Source: an uncultured Collinsella sp.
Lineage (GTDB): Bacteria > Actinomycetota > Coriobacteriia > Coriobacteriales > Coriobacteriaceae
DNA: 64,000 bases
Reading direction: 5' to 3'
Assembly (NCBI GenBank): GCA_900550195.1
Contig: URRB01000010.1
Coordinates: 11,979-75,978 of the forward strand
The notes below the pieces were generated by a model that searched no databases, had not been told where the DNA came from, and saw only the letters and a program-made list of their open reading frames with translations. Below are positions 29,828 to 39,895 of the stretch, one piece after another. Within the stretch, counting starts at the first letter, position 1. Every line of letters begins with the position of its first letter. A program made the translations under genes and the position numbers.

Positions 29828-30649
29828 CTATGCCATCCCCTCGATAATCTTGGCAAGCTTTGCCGCCTGCTCGGACGCCGTCCCCTCAACGGCCTCGCAC
29901 GTTTGGTCACGGTCGGGCACAAACGAGCGCACGACCTGTGTCGGCGACCCGGCAAGACCGCAACGCGCGGGGTCGGCGTTCACGTCGGCGGCACTGACCA
30001 CGCGCACGTCCGCCTCCTCCGCCGCGCGAATACCGGCAATACTCGGCATACGCAACTGGCCAATCTCCTTGGCAGTCGTCATCGCGCACGGCATCTCAAG
30101 GTACACCGTCTCCTCGCCGGCATCGCATCCGTGAACGAGCGCCAGCGAGCCACAGGTCGTAAAGCCCGCGCTCTGCACGCAGCTCACGTCGGTCACGCAG
30201 GGAATATCAAAGGCACCGGCAAGCTCGGGACCAATCTGGGCCGTATCGCCATCCACCGCCATCTTGCCGCAGATGAGCAGGTCGAAGTCCTCGTCGAGCG
30301 CCTCGATGCCGCACTTGAGGGCATAGGTGGTTGCCAGGGTATCGGCACCTGCAAAGGCGCGATCGGTCAGCAGCAGCGCATCGTCGGCGCCTCGAGCGAT
30401 GCAGTCGCGCAGCAGCGACTCGGTCGCGGGGATGCCCATCGACACCACCGTCACGCGCACATCCATGCCAAAGCCGATAAAGTCGTCCTTCAGCGCCAGC
30501 GCGCATTCCAAAGCGCTCGCATCAAAGGGATTAATGACCGCCTGCTTGCCATCGCGCACGATGGTATTGGTCTTGGGGTCCATCTTGACCTCGGTGCTGC
30601 CCGGCACGGCCTTGACGCACACCACCATATGGAAATCGCTCATCTTCAC
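29828..30649 (-). CDS. etfB: Electron transfer flavoprotein beta subunit
   Basis: VCVK.VP, INPFD, FAGADTLAT, DGDTAQIGP, GL.GSPT. Confidence 0.92.
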   Translation of the reverse strand: MKMSDFHMVVCVKAVPGSTEVKMDPKTNTIVRDGKQAVINPFDASALECALALKDDFIGFGMDVRVTVVSMGIPATESLLRDCIARGADDALLLTDRAFAGADTLATTYALKCGIEALDEDFDLLICGKMAVDGDTAQIGPELAGAFDIPCVTDVSCVQSAGFTTCGSLALVHGCDAGEETVYLEMPCAMTTAKEIGQLRMPSIAGIRAAEEADVRVVSAADVNADPARCGLAGSPTQVVRSFVPDRDQTCEAVEGTASEQAAKLAKIIEGMA

Positions 30650-32247
30650 GCGCCCCCTTTCTGGACGAGCTCATCCAAGAGCTTCTCCGAAAACAGGTTA
30701 CCGCGACCCAGCTGCCCGGCAGGATCGAGCTGGAGCTTGAGCCGCGCCGACTCGACCATGGCCTCGTGACCGTACATCGTCTCCAAGAAGCCCGCCTTGA
30801 TCTTGCCGACGCCGTGTTCTGCGGAGACGGCACCGCCCATGGCCGTGACCTCGGAAGCCCACTGGGCAAAGAGTTCTGCGCCGCGGCGATAATCCTGTGC
30901 ATCGCGCGGCAGAATGTTCACATGCAGATGGTTGTTACCGATATGCCCCCAGGCGGCAGATTCAAGCCCACTTTCCGCCAGCGTGCGGCGATAGAGGGCG
31001 ATAACATCGGCCAAGTGCGCGTTGGGCACCGACATGTCCGAACCCAGTTTGGTGATGGTGGGATCCATGCGGCGGCGCTCGTCGATGAGCATGTTGACGC
31101 TCTCGGGCACCGCATGGCGGAAGAATCGCTGACACTCGCGATCGACCTCGGTGCGCGCGACCCATGTCGCATCGTCACTGCCGCCCGCAAGCTCCAGTAC
31201 CCACCCCAAGTGATACAGCTCCTCAGTCGCCTGGGCTTCGTCGTCGCAGTCGAGCTCCACGTAGACACAGACCTTGGCGTCTTTGTCGAGCGCAGGCAGC
31301 GAGGCAAACGCCGTCGACTGCTCGCGCTGGCGACGTAGAATATCCAGGGCGCCAGCATCGAAGTACTCGATGGCAGCCGCATGGGACAGGACGGGACGCA
31401 CAGAATCGGTGAAGGACACGGCCTTGTCTTCGCTGTCGAAGAAGCAGCTCACGCCCCAAACGACCGCGGGTGCCACCTGCAGGGCAATCTCGAGTTCGGT
31501 GATGACACCGATTGTGCCACACGCACCGATAAACAGATCGATGGCATCCATATCGTCAGCAACGAAATAGCCCGAAGCATTTTTTGTCTTGGGCATGGTA
31601 TAGCCGGGAAGATCGAGCTCGAGTGTACGGCCCGCTGCCGTCACGAGCGACAGGTGGCGGCCCTGGGCAAAAGCCTCGCCGCGCCGAAGCTCAAGCAAAT
31701 CGCCATCAGCCAGCACGACGTGGAGTCCCGTGATATGTGGGCGCATGGGGCCGTAGGCGTAGCTGCGGGCACCGGAGGCGTTACATGCCGCCATGCCGCC
31801 CAGACAGGCAGACGCCTCGGTGGGATCGGTGGGAAAAAACTGCTCGGGAGCCTCTTGGAACTCCTCGTAGGCCTCAAGCGATGCCTGGTCCCAACCAGCG
31901 GTCGGCAGCACCTTCTTGCTCAGCTGCTTGCGCAGCTCCGAGAGCACAACGCCCGGCTCCACGCGCAGCAGAAATTGGCCTTGTTCATCGCGGCGAAGGC
32001 CCAAGTAGCGATTCATACGGGAAGTATTGAGGATATGCCCACCGTGGGGCACGGCGCCGGCGGCAAGGCCGGTTCGGGCGCCCTGAACCGTTACCGGAAC
32101 ACGCTCGGCATGGAGCTTTTCCAAAATGGCACGGACCTCGTTTTCCGTTGTCGGAAACGAGATGCTCGAGGCCTCGCCCGATGCGCGAGATTCATCGCGG
32201 CCATACTCTTCGAACTCGTCGGTGAAGGGTTTGATGGTTGCAGACAC
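30646..32247 (-). CDS. FAD-linked 2-hydroxyacid dehydrogenase (GlcD/LctD family)
   Basis: GARTGL.AG, PTDP, GG..A.NASG, GHIGNNHLH.N, SAEHGVG..K. Confidence 0.85.
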   Translation of the reverse strand: MSATIKPFTDEFEEYGRDESRASGEASSISFPTTENEVRAILEKLHAERVPVTVQGARTGLAAGAVPHGGHILNTSRMNRYLGLRRDEQGQFLLRVEPGVVLSELRKQLSKKVLPTAGWDQASLEAYEEFQEAPEQFFPTDPTEASACLGGMAACNASGARSYAYGPMRPHITGLHVVLADGDLLELRRGEAFAQGRHLSLVTAAGRTLELDLPGYTMPKTKNASGYFVADDMDAIDLFIGACGTIGVITELEIALQVAPAVVWGVSCFFDSEDKAVSFTDSVRPVLSHAAAIEYFDAGALDILRRQREQSTAFASLPALDKDAKVCVYVELDCDDEAQATEELYHLGWVLELAGGSDDATWVARTEVDRECQRFFRHAVPESVNMLIDERRRMDPTITKLGSDMSVPNAHLADVIALYRRTLAESGLESAAWGHIGNNHLHVNILPRDAQDYRRGAELFAQWASEVTAMGGAVSAEHGVGKIKAGFLETMYGHEAMVESARLKLQLDPAGQLGRGNLFSEKLLDELVQKGGA

Positions 32248-32592
32248 GCGAACTCCCCCTTTAGCTAACTACAGTGTTTGCAGGGAGATGTTACCGCATC
32301 GTTTCGTCGACGTGTTCGAGACCGTCTCCATAATTGGCGTTTTTTACGTTCGTGCAATTCGGCGAGCGGCTTGATTTCCTCGGCAGACGATGCTTTTGAC
32401 ACATATGGCCCCGCCGTCGCCGACCGCGCGATTGTCGCTCGAAAAAAGTTGGAGTATTTTTTGCCGCCTTTTACCTGCGGAGACGCCAATCCGTCAAGCA
32501 TTTGGTCAGAAATTGGTCAAGTAGCGGCTGATAAGGTCGGCGTCGACAGCCAAAACCGATAGAAGTTTTGGCCCAGAAGCAGGGAGGTTCCC

Positions 32593-32889
32593 ATGGCATA
32601 TTACTGGCCCCAGTACGGCATCGCCATCGAAGTCGACGACGATCCCCATCTCCTGCCTTTCGACGAAGAGGCATTCCCCGATACGACGGTCTACCACGTT
32701 ACCACCGATGTGATCTGCGACCCCGAGTCGTTCTCGGCGCTCGCCCACCACATCGCGCATATCCACGACATCGAGCTCCCTCCCGACTTCGACGAGCTCG
32801 TCTACTCGCGCCGTCTGATGCTTCACATGCTCTTTGGAGCGGACCCGTCCACCTTTGCGCGCGTCTATACCGCCAAGGATGCCGCATGA
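32593..32889 (+). CDS. Small protein resembling a degenerate DUF559/Vsr-like C-terminal domain
   Basis: Strong RBS AGGGAGG; YWP....AIEVD motif; ATGA overlap with the next gene. Confidence 0.6.
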   Translation: MAYYWPQYGIAIEVDDDPHLLPFDEEAFPDTTVYHVTTDVICDPESFSALAHHIAHIHDIELPPDFDELVYSRRLMLHMLFGADPSTFARVYTAKDAA

Positions 32890-33395
32890 GCGCGAAGAAG
32901 CCACCCCACTTTGCAGGCCTGGGTCGTCGCAAGAAGCTCATCGTTGCCTGCTTGGCCATCGTCTGTGCCCTTGTCGCCGTAGGACTATACGTTTGGCAGT
33001 CGCAGCCCGTACCCGAGGCGGGCGCTTCGGTTACGACGGCCGAGGGCAAAACGCGCCAGGAAATCCAAGATGAGCTCGACGCCATCGTCCGCGACAACAT
33101 GATGACGATTTCGGTCGCGCCGGTCGCTCAGCTGCAGGAGGACGGCAAACTGCGCGTCAACGTGCAAAACGTCCAAGACAATAAATTTCCCCAGCGATTC
33201 CGCGTCATCCAAAACGACGAGACCATGTACGAATCCGGTGTGGTCGAGACCGGCAAGACAATCGAGACGTGCCCCGCCGGCGACATCAAAGAAGGCGAGG
33301 CGTACATCGAGATCCAGGCACTCGATGCAAAGACCCTCGACAGCCACGGCAATCCGACACGTGTCAAGGTACGGGTTGAGCAAACCGAGAACTAG
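32886..33395 (+). CDS. Membrane-anchored extracellular beta-sandwich-like protein
   Basis: Basic N-terminus plus a single TM helix; beta-rich N...N...YESG domain. Confidence 0.7.
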   Translation: MSAKKPPHFAGLGRRKKLIVACLAIVCALVAVGLYVWQSQPVPEAGASVTTAEGKTRQEIQDELDAIVRDNMMTISVAPVAQLQEDGKLRVNVQNVQDNKFPQRFRVIQNDETMYESGVVETGKTIETCPAGDIKEGEAYIEIQALDAKTLDSHGNPTRVKVRVEQTEN

Positions 33396-33484
33396 CCTTC
33401 CGGCCGACACGGCACCGCATGCAATTCACCAGCATTCGTCCAATCATCGCGGGGACGGCCCGCGGCGAATAGAAAGGAACGACC

Positions 33485-34084
33485 ATGGACATCACCAGGA
33501 ACATGAACGGAGTCAGAGCGCTCGTCGTGGGCACAGGGCTCGCGCTCGCGCTCGCAATGGGCGCCGCCCCGACGCCAGCTATGGCAGCCGGGCGCGTTGG
33601 AACCACGAAGGTAATGGTCAGGACCGAGATCGACAACGTTGAGTTCAAAGTTCCGACGGTTATTCCCTTCGTCGCCAAGGCCGACGGCACGCTTCAGGGC
33701 CCCTCAGAAGACGCGACCACCATCGACAATCATTCGGCCTACGGCATCCATGTCACCAACATGAAGATCGACGCCATGAACACCTGGACCATTGCCGCCG
33801 ACGCCAAGGCCGGAACCGCGCAGAACTCCATCGACTTTAAGGTCGGCCCCGACGGCGCGCTCCAGAACGCCAGCGCCGCCGCGCAAGGGACGGGCCTCGA
33901 TCTTTCCAAGAATGCAGCCTTCGACATGGGCTACCAGGGCATTGCCGGCGGCACGGACAAAATCAAGCTCAAGACAAGCGGAAACGTCGCCCGCGTCACA
34001 CGCGACATCTTCCGCGTAACCGGCGAAGGCGATCAGGTTGCGACGATCACCTGGACGGTCGAGCCCGGTGCGCACACGGCATAA
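33485..34084 (+). CDS. Secreted WxL-like surface protein
   Basis: Sec signal ending AMA; C-terminal ATITWTV; RBS GAAAGGA. Confidence 0.65.
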   Translation: MDITRNMNGVRALVVGTGLALALAMGAAPTPAMAAGRVGTTKVMVRTEIDNVEFKVPTVIPFVAKADGTLQGPSEDATTIDNHSAYGIHVTNMKIDAMNTWTIAADAKAGTAQNSIDFKVGPDGALQNASAAAQGTGLDLSKNAAFDMGYQGIAGGTDKIKLKTSGNVARVTRDIFRVTGEGDQVATITWTVEPGAHTA

Positions 34085-34349
34085 GGCCGTCGCCCTGGCC
34101 GCCGCCGTCAGCATCCTAGCGTTTGGGCCAGCCATGGCCTTTGCCCAGCAAGAACAGGCACAGGCCGCCACGCAAGTGACGGTCGACCTCTCGGAGCTCG
34201 ACCGCGGCGACCGCGAGGAACCGTTGGCGCAGACAGGCGACAGACGATGGCTCTTGGCAGCAGGCGCCACAGCAGCAGGCGCGGGAACCGCCGGCCTCGG
34301 TCTGCACATCAAACGCAGCCAGAAACAAAACACGGACAGGCCGCACTAA
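34068..34349 (+). CDS. Small sortase-anchored surface protein
   Basis: Signal peptide ending AFA, then LAQTGD, a hydrophobic stretch and a basic tail; GTG start is uncertain. Confidence 0.65.
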   Translation: MRTRHKAVALAAAVSILAFGPAMAFAQQEQAQAATQVTVDLSELDRGDREEPLAQTGDRRWLLAAGATAAGAGTAGLGLHIKRSQKQNTDRPH

Positions 34350-34367
34350 ATTAGCTAAGGAGACCCC

Positions 34368-35798
34368 ATGGCATCGAAGAACCTTTTGCCCGTCGTCGCA
34401 CTCTGCGGCGCGCTCGCAACCGGAACGCCTGTCGCCGCTTGGGCGACTCCCGTCATGGCAGACTCCTTACCAGTAGTCCTAAGTTCCGCACCAAATCCGT
34501 CGAGCGCCATTGCGTGCGAGCGTTTTTCGATCGCACAGGCCGTGATCTCAACCTCGGGATGCCTTCGTCGTAATACGGACGGCTCGATAGTCGTGGATAT
34601 CAAGCGTTCGAACAAGGCAAACGGCTCCCAGGCGGGGTGCGCCGTCTGCACGTGGCGCTCGGTTGTGCTCGATGCAGATGGCGATCCATGCAATTTAGAG
34701 CTGCGCATCGACATCGCTTCGGTCGATGACTCGGCGAACGGAGCGAAGGTCGCCTTCGACGGTGCGTTTTTCGAGAAAGGAGGCGGTATATGTCTGGGCT
34801 GCGCCGCCGCGAATGCAGACGATGCGCAGCCCACCCTCTCATTCACGGCATCGTTGCGGCTGACCAAAGCCGGTACCGATGTTATCGCGGCGGGAGAAGC
34901 GTCCCTGCTGTTCTACGCCGTCAGCACCAAAGACACAGACGCTCATTTCGAGAAGCCAGCCGGATCACTCAGCCTTACACGAGGGATAGAGGCAGGCCCT
35001 ATTGAAATCGATGCCCACGCGCAAAGCAGGCAACGCATTCTTGCCGACCCGGCGCTTCTCGAAATGGAGTGGAACGGATCCGGAGCCATCGGAATTCTCC
35101 CCTCCGCGTTTGACGCCAAGACGCTCCCCCCAAACGACGAACCCATCAACGCAACCATACAAGAAGAGAGCGCGGACAAAGAAGCAGGTGCGGGCGACAC
35201 GCCGTCGCCGACAAACAGCGTCCCAGCTTCTCTCGAAGCGCCGAATGAGCCCGCTGCCGATCCAAACGATCCCGAGCTCGCGGACAGTCTGGGGCTTGCT
35301 GATCCTCAAGAGATCGATGAAGGTAACTGCTGCGTGCTTGCCGCGCTCGACCACACAGAGGTCATCGACGCTGCGAACATCGAAGTTGCCGCCGCCAATC
35401 AGCCCGTCCGCAAGTCGGCTATCATCGCATTTCCTGAATCCATCGAAGTCGTCTTTTTGCCATCGGGCGAGGTCGTGGCCCCAACACTGCTCACCTTGTT
35501 GGGCGCCAAGAATACTCGAAACGAAATTAAAAAGGTCACAGTTGTCGACCCTGCAACCACCGCCAAGCTGCGTCTATACGCCGTTGCTCCAGACGGAGGC
35601 AAGACCTTGGAATTCGATGGCGACACACTCCTGGCCTGGCGACGTCTGGACATTATGCAAGACGTCTCGTATCAGATCGAACTCGAAGGGTTTGATCGTG
35701 CCCGCGATGCCAATATCATCGCCGCGGCTATTGAATCCCCACAGCGGCTTATGACACTGCGCTTTGAATACTATCCCTATGTCCCGACAACCACCTGA
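34368..35798 (+). CDS. Secreted multidomain hypothetical protein with Pro/acidic linker
   Basis: RBS AAGGAG; signal peptide ending AWA; Cys-containing N-terminal domain. Confidence 0.65.
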   Translation: MASKNLLPVVALCGALATGTPVAAWATPVMADSLPVVLSSAPNPSSAIACERFSIAQAVISTSGCLRRNTDGSIVVDIKRSNKANGSQAGCAVCTWRSVVLDADGDPCNLELRIDIASVDDSANGAKVAFDGAFFEKGGGICLGCAAANADDAQPTLSFTASLRLTKAGTDVIAAGEASLLFYAVSTKDTDAHFEKPAGSLSLTRGIEAGPIEIDAHAQSRQRILADPALLEMEWNGSGAIGILPSAFDAKTLPPNDEPINATIQEESADKEAGAGDTPSPTNSVPASLEAPNEPAADPNDPELADSLGLADPQEIDEGNCCVLAALDHTEVIDAANIEVAAANQPVRKSAIIAFPESIEVVFLPSGEVVAPTLLTLLGAKNTRNEIKKVTVVDPATTAKLRLYAVAPDGGKTLEFDGDTLLAWRRLDIMQDVSYQIELEGFDRARDANIIAAAIESPQRLMTLRFEYYPYVPTTT

Positions 35799-35916
35799 GG
35801 CTTAAATGCCGCGCATCATTCCTAATACCACTTATATAACGTATTAGATGAGTCGCGATGTACCTCGCATTTCGTTCTGCTACGATTGCCACGTTGGCAT
35901 CAATACAGGAGGGCTC

Positions 35917-36633
35917 ATGCCGGGCTTGGGAACAATCATCAACGTTGTGCTTTTAGTTGCGGGCGGTCTTTTGGGATTAGCGGGCGGCCGCTTCATTACA
36001 CCGCGCATCCAAGACACGCTCATGAAAGCATCGGGGCTGTGCGTCCTGTTTATCGGCCTTGGCGGCACCATGCAAAAGATGCTCCTTATCGATGGGAAGG
36101 CGCTAGCGACCACCGGCACCACCATGCTCATCGTCTCGTTCGCCCTCGGCTCGCTCATCGGCGAGGCCATCAACTTGGAGGCCGCCATCGAGAACCTTGG
36201 CGAATGGCTCAAGCGCAAAACCGGCAGCGAGGGCGATAACGAGTTCACCAACGCTTTTGTCTCGACTTCACTCACCGTGTGTATCGGCGCCATGGCCATT
36301 GTGGGATCGATCCAGGACGGTCTGCTCGGTGACTGGTCAACGCTTGCCCTGAAAGGCGCATTGGACTGCATCATCGTCTGCACCATGACGGCGTCGCTTG
36401 GCCGCGGCTGCATTTTCTCCGCCCTGCCCGTCGCCGTGTTCCAGGGGACGATCACGCTGTTTGCCGGCGCACTCTCCCCCATCATGACTACGGCAGCCCT
36501 CGACAGCCTTTCGCTCGTAGGCTCCATGCTCATCTTCTGCGTCGGCATCAACCTCATCCGTCCTCAGACCTTCCGCACGGCCAATATGCTCCCCTCCGTC
36601 GTCATCGCCGTCATCTACGCCCTCCTGTTCTAA
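35917..36633 (+). CDS. DUF554 family membrane protein
   Basis: GTIIN, G.LIGE, CIGAMAIVGSIQDGL.GD...L..K..LD, NMLP. Confidence 0.88.
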   Translation: MPGLGTIINVVLLVAGGLLGLAGGRFITPRIQDTLMKASGLCVLFIGLGGTMQKMLLIDGKALATTGTTMLIVSFALGSLIGEAINLEAAIENLGEWLKRKTGSEGDNEFTNAFVSTSLTVCIGAMAIVGSIQDGLLGDWSTLALKGALDCIIVCTMTASLGRGCIFSALPVAVFQGTITLFAGALSPIMTTAALDSLSLVGSMLIFCVGINLIRPQTFRTANMLPSVVIAVIYALLF

Positions 36634-36654
36634 ATCTATCTACGCAGCAGTATC

Positions 36655-36684
36655 TCGAACACCTGTTTGATGCTGTGCTATGAT
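36655..36684 (+). promoter_or_regulatory. LexA (SOS) box-like site overlapping the Shango operon promoter
   Basis: TCGAACACCTGTTTGA (one mismatch to TCGAAC-N4-GTTCGA) just upstream of an extended -10 TGCTATGAT. Confidence 0.6.
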
Positions 36685-36721
36685 ATGAGGTCACCGAAGC
36701 TGCGTTAGGAGAGGAGAAGCG

Positions 36722-38482
36722 GTGGCCGATCAGGACATCAAGATGCTCATCGAGCGCATTATGGCCGAGGCCCGGAACCATCAGTCCGCCCGCTTCTCAA
36801 ACGAAATCTACGCAGACGAGCCGATTCTCAAAACCGGCCGACAGATGCAGAATTTCCTCCCCGACCAATACCGCAAGATGCGCGAGATATCGCGCTGGCA
36901 GGATGACCCCAAGGGCGGCGCGGGCCGCTGGCTATCGGAGGCCGAGCTTTTCTACCGCCAAGGCTTGCTGATGGCCGACTTTGAGGACGACTGTCCCTAC
37001 AACGGCACCTTTAAGTCGTACTTTCCCACCTACAATGCCATGAGCGACCGGCAGTTGCGCGGCTACTTTACCTGGCGTGCCCAAGTGCGCCGCGGAACCG
37101 TCGAGGAAACGTCTACATCCTTTGCCTTTCTGTATCTCTATGAGCTGATTTGCGGCATTGGCATAGATGATCCGCTCGAAGGTTTTAACAAGATCAAGGC
37201 CTTTTGGGATGTCTATCGCGCCTTCGAGCCCGGCATCGACCGGTTTGCGCGCGTGTGGCTGCAGGATTACGCCGTTTTCCACGGACTCGACCCCAAGCTA
37301 CTTCGCGACTCTAAAACCGTCATGTTCGATAACGCCCTTATCGAGCTACGCCGCGCAGCGCGAGACCTTGTACCAGCACCGGCACCGTCCGGCCAGACCC
37401 CTAAGCGTCGCAAAACCTCCGAGCCCACGCTCCCCCTTCCGCCCGATGAGGTGCGCGAGGAGCGACTCATGGCCGCCATCAACGCCCTCTCCACGTACAA
37501 CCTAAGTAACTCGCGGCTCGACCGCAGCCACCACCGCGATCTGCGCCACGTGGCGTGCGCCGTGTATGTCCGTATGGCGCGCTACTATGACACGCACCGA
37601 AAGACCGACATCGTGGCGAGCTTATTTGGGGAGGAGACGGCCATGCCCTACACCATGTTTGCCTCGGCCGTATTCTTTGCGCCCGAGCGCCACGAGGACT
37701 GCGAATATCGCCTGGACCCCATTCACATCTACCGCTGCCAAAACGGCTTTTGGGAATGCATGCGAATTCACGGCAGCAGGCAAAAAAGCAGCAAGCTTGG
37801 TGAGATGATGCGCGCCTGCGACCAACGCCTACGCCTGGCCCTAGACCCCACCCACCCCCTGAAGGAGGAGAAGGTCCCCAAATATCTGGCCAAGATCATC
37901 GATGACGAGATCATGGCATGGCTTTCGTGGGACGCCGCACACCAGCCCATCAAGATCGATATCGATTTGAGCCAGCTGGGGCACATTCGGAGCGCCGCCG
38001 CGCAAACGCGCGAAGCGCTTTTGATCGATGAGGAACGCGAGGACGACGCATCCGCAGAAGCCGAGGCAGCGGACTCAGGGCAACCGGAAGCCGAGCCCGT
38101 AACCGACGCGATTGTCGAACCGGTCGTGGCACCCATTCGGCAGGACTTGACCGACGAGCCGACCATATCCACCGAACAGTTTGGTGTCGTGGCACCGCTT
38201 CTCGCGCCGACGCCCGCGTTCGCAGCTGCTGCGCCCGCTGACGCCACAAACGAACTCGCGCCCGCCGCAGATGCCTTCCTTCGCGCACTGCTCGAGCAAA
38301 ACGCAGCGCAAGCGACATCGGCAGTGGCGCACTCGGGACAGAGCGAGGACATGCTCGTCGATACCATCAACGAGGCGCTCTTTGACCTGGTGGGCGACAC
38401 CGTAATTGAATTTAGCGCGGCAGGGCCGCAGATTATTGAGGACTACGAAGCAGACGTGAGAGGATACCTAGACCATGAGTGA
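36722..38482 (+). CDS. sngA: TerB-N/TerB-C domain protein (Shango SngA-like)
   Basis: PTY..MS..Q.R.Y..WR and FLYLYEL (TerB-N); D.INE.LFD..GD.VIE (TerB-C). Confidence 0.8.
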   Translation: MADQDIKMLIERIMAEARNHQSARFSNEIYADEPILKTGRQMQNFLPDQYRKMREISRWQDDPKGGAGRWLSEAELFYRQGLLMADFEDDCPYNGTFKSYFPTYNAMSDRQLRGYFTWRAQVRRGTVEETSTSFAFLYLYELICGIGIDDPLEGFNKIKAFWDVYRAFEPGIDRFARVWLQDYAVFHGLDPKLLRDSKTVMFDNALIELRRAARDLVPAPAPSGQTPKRRKTSEPTLPLPPDEVREERLMAAINALSTYNLSNSRLDRSHHRDLRHVACAVYVRMARYYDTHRKTDIVASLFGEETAMPYTMFASAVFFAPERHEDCEYRLDPIHIYRCQNGFWECMRIHGSRQKSSKLGEMMRACDQRLRLALDPTHPLKEEKVPKYLAKIIDDEIMAWLSWDAAHQPIKIDIDLSQLGHIRSAAAQTREALLIDEEREDDASAEAEAADSGQPEAEPVTDAIVEPVVAPIRQDLTDEPTISTEQFGVVAPLLAPTPAFAAAAPADATNELAPAADAFLRALLEQNAAQATSAVAHSGQSEDMLVDTINEALFDLVGDTVIEFSAAGPQIIEDYEADVRGYLDHE

Positions 38483-39779
38483 TACCGCATCCGCAGCACC
38501 CCGCGTGCCCAAGCGCGTCGCTGCCGTCATTCTCAACTCGCTCAAGGGCGGCGTGGTCCCGCGCATCGGCCTTCCCTACATTACCGTAGGGCGCGAGGTC
38601 GAGATCCGCGCCCTGCTCACCGATCTGAGTCTCATCGCCGACGGTGGTGCGAGCTTCCGCTTTCTGGTCGGTCGTTACGGCGCCGGCAAGAGCTTTTTGC
38701 TCCAGACCATCCGCACGCACGCCATGGGTGAGGGATTCGTCGTCGCCGATGCAGACTTATCCCCCGAGCGCCGTCTGCAGGGCGGGCAGGGGCAGGGCCT
38801 TGCCACCTACCGCGAGCTCATCCGCAACATATCGACTAAAACGCGCCCCGAGGGCGGTGCGCTCAACCTAATCCTCGATCGCTGGGTCGCCTCGTGTGCC
38901 GATGCCGATGAGTCTGCCGTCAATGCCCAACTGGCCCCGCTCGAGGAAATGGTCCACGGCTTCGACTTCACCCGCATGCTCCGCCGCTATCGCACGGCCG
39001 TATCCGAGGGCGACGAAGAAGCCATGAGCCGCGTGACCAAATGGATCCGCGGCGAATACCGTACCAAGAGCGAGGCTCGCGCCGAGCTGGGCTCCTCGAC
39101 CATCATCAGCGATGACGACTGGTACGACTACGTTAAGCTCATCGCGCGTTTTTTGGTCTGCAGCGGCTACAAGGGTATGTTGGTGCTCATCGACGAGCTC
39201 GTGAATCTGTATAAGATTCCCAACGCGATCACGCGCCAGTACAACTACGAGAAGATCCTAACCATGTACAACGACACGCTCCAGGGCAAGGCGCAGTACC
39301 TGGGCATGATCATGGGCGGCACGCCAACCTCCATCGAAGACCGGCGCCGCGGTGTGTTCTCCTACGAGGCCCTGCGCAGCCGACTCGCTCAGGGCCGCTT
39401 TGCGCGCGAGGACCTTAAGGACATGCTCGCGCCCATCATCCGTCTGCAGCCACTCACCTACGAGGAGCTGCTGGTGCTCATCGAAAAACTCATGCAGATC
39501 CATGCCGGCTACTTTGGCTGGACGCCCACGCTTACCGAGAACGACTTGGTGGACTTCCTCAAGATTGAGTTTGGCCGCGTGGGAGCCGACACGCATCTGA
39601 CGCCGCGTGAGGTCATTCGTGACTTTATCGAGCTGCTCGACATCCTATGCCAAAACCCCGACGCCAACGTGGCCGAGCTACTGCAAAGCGTCGGCGGCGA
39701 CGCGCCGGCGCCGGCAACAGCAACAGGCGACACCGGCACCGCAAGCGGCGACCGCAATTTCGCCGAATTCACCATCTAA
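38475..39779 (+). CDS. sngB: DUF2791/BrxD-family P-loop ATPase (Shango SngB-like)
   Basis: SL.GGVVPR.G, Walker A GRYGAGKS, SPERRL, Walker B LIDE, SYEAL.SRL. Confidence 0.85.
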   Translation: MSDTASAAPRVPKRVAAVILNSLKGGVVPRIGLPYITVGREVEIRALLTDLSLIADGGASFRFLVGRYGAGKSFLLQTIRTHAMGEGFVVADADLSPERRLQGGQGQGLATYRELIRNISTKTRPEGGALNLILDRWVASCADADESAVNAQLAPLEEMVHGFDFTRMLRRYRTAVSEGDEEAMSRVTKWIRGEYRTKSEARAELGSSTIISDDDWYDYVKLIARFLVCSGYKGMLVLIDELVNLYKIPNAITRQYNYEKILTMYNDTLQGKAQYLGMIMGGTPTSIEDRRRGVFSYEALRSRLAQGRFAREDLKDMLAPIIRLQPLTYEELLVLIEKLMQIHAGYFGWTPTLTENDLVDFLKIEFGRVGADTHLTPREVIRDFIELLDILCQNPDANVAELLQSVGGDAPAPATATGDTGTASGDRNFAEFTI

Positions 39780-39812
39780 CCTGCCAAAAAGGGACAGGTT
39801 TATTTTGGCAGG
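39779..39812. repeat. REP-like hairpin with GGGACAGG loop motif
   Basis: CCTGCCAAAA-agggacaggttta-TTTTGGCAGG. Confidence 0.5.
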
Positions 39813-39895
39813 CTTTATCTGGGCAAACGTCGAGGCAGTAATGCAGCAAGCCACTGCCCACCGCGTTGAGAGATTCGTTTTTGAAAGGAGGCCCC

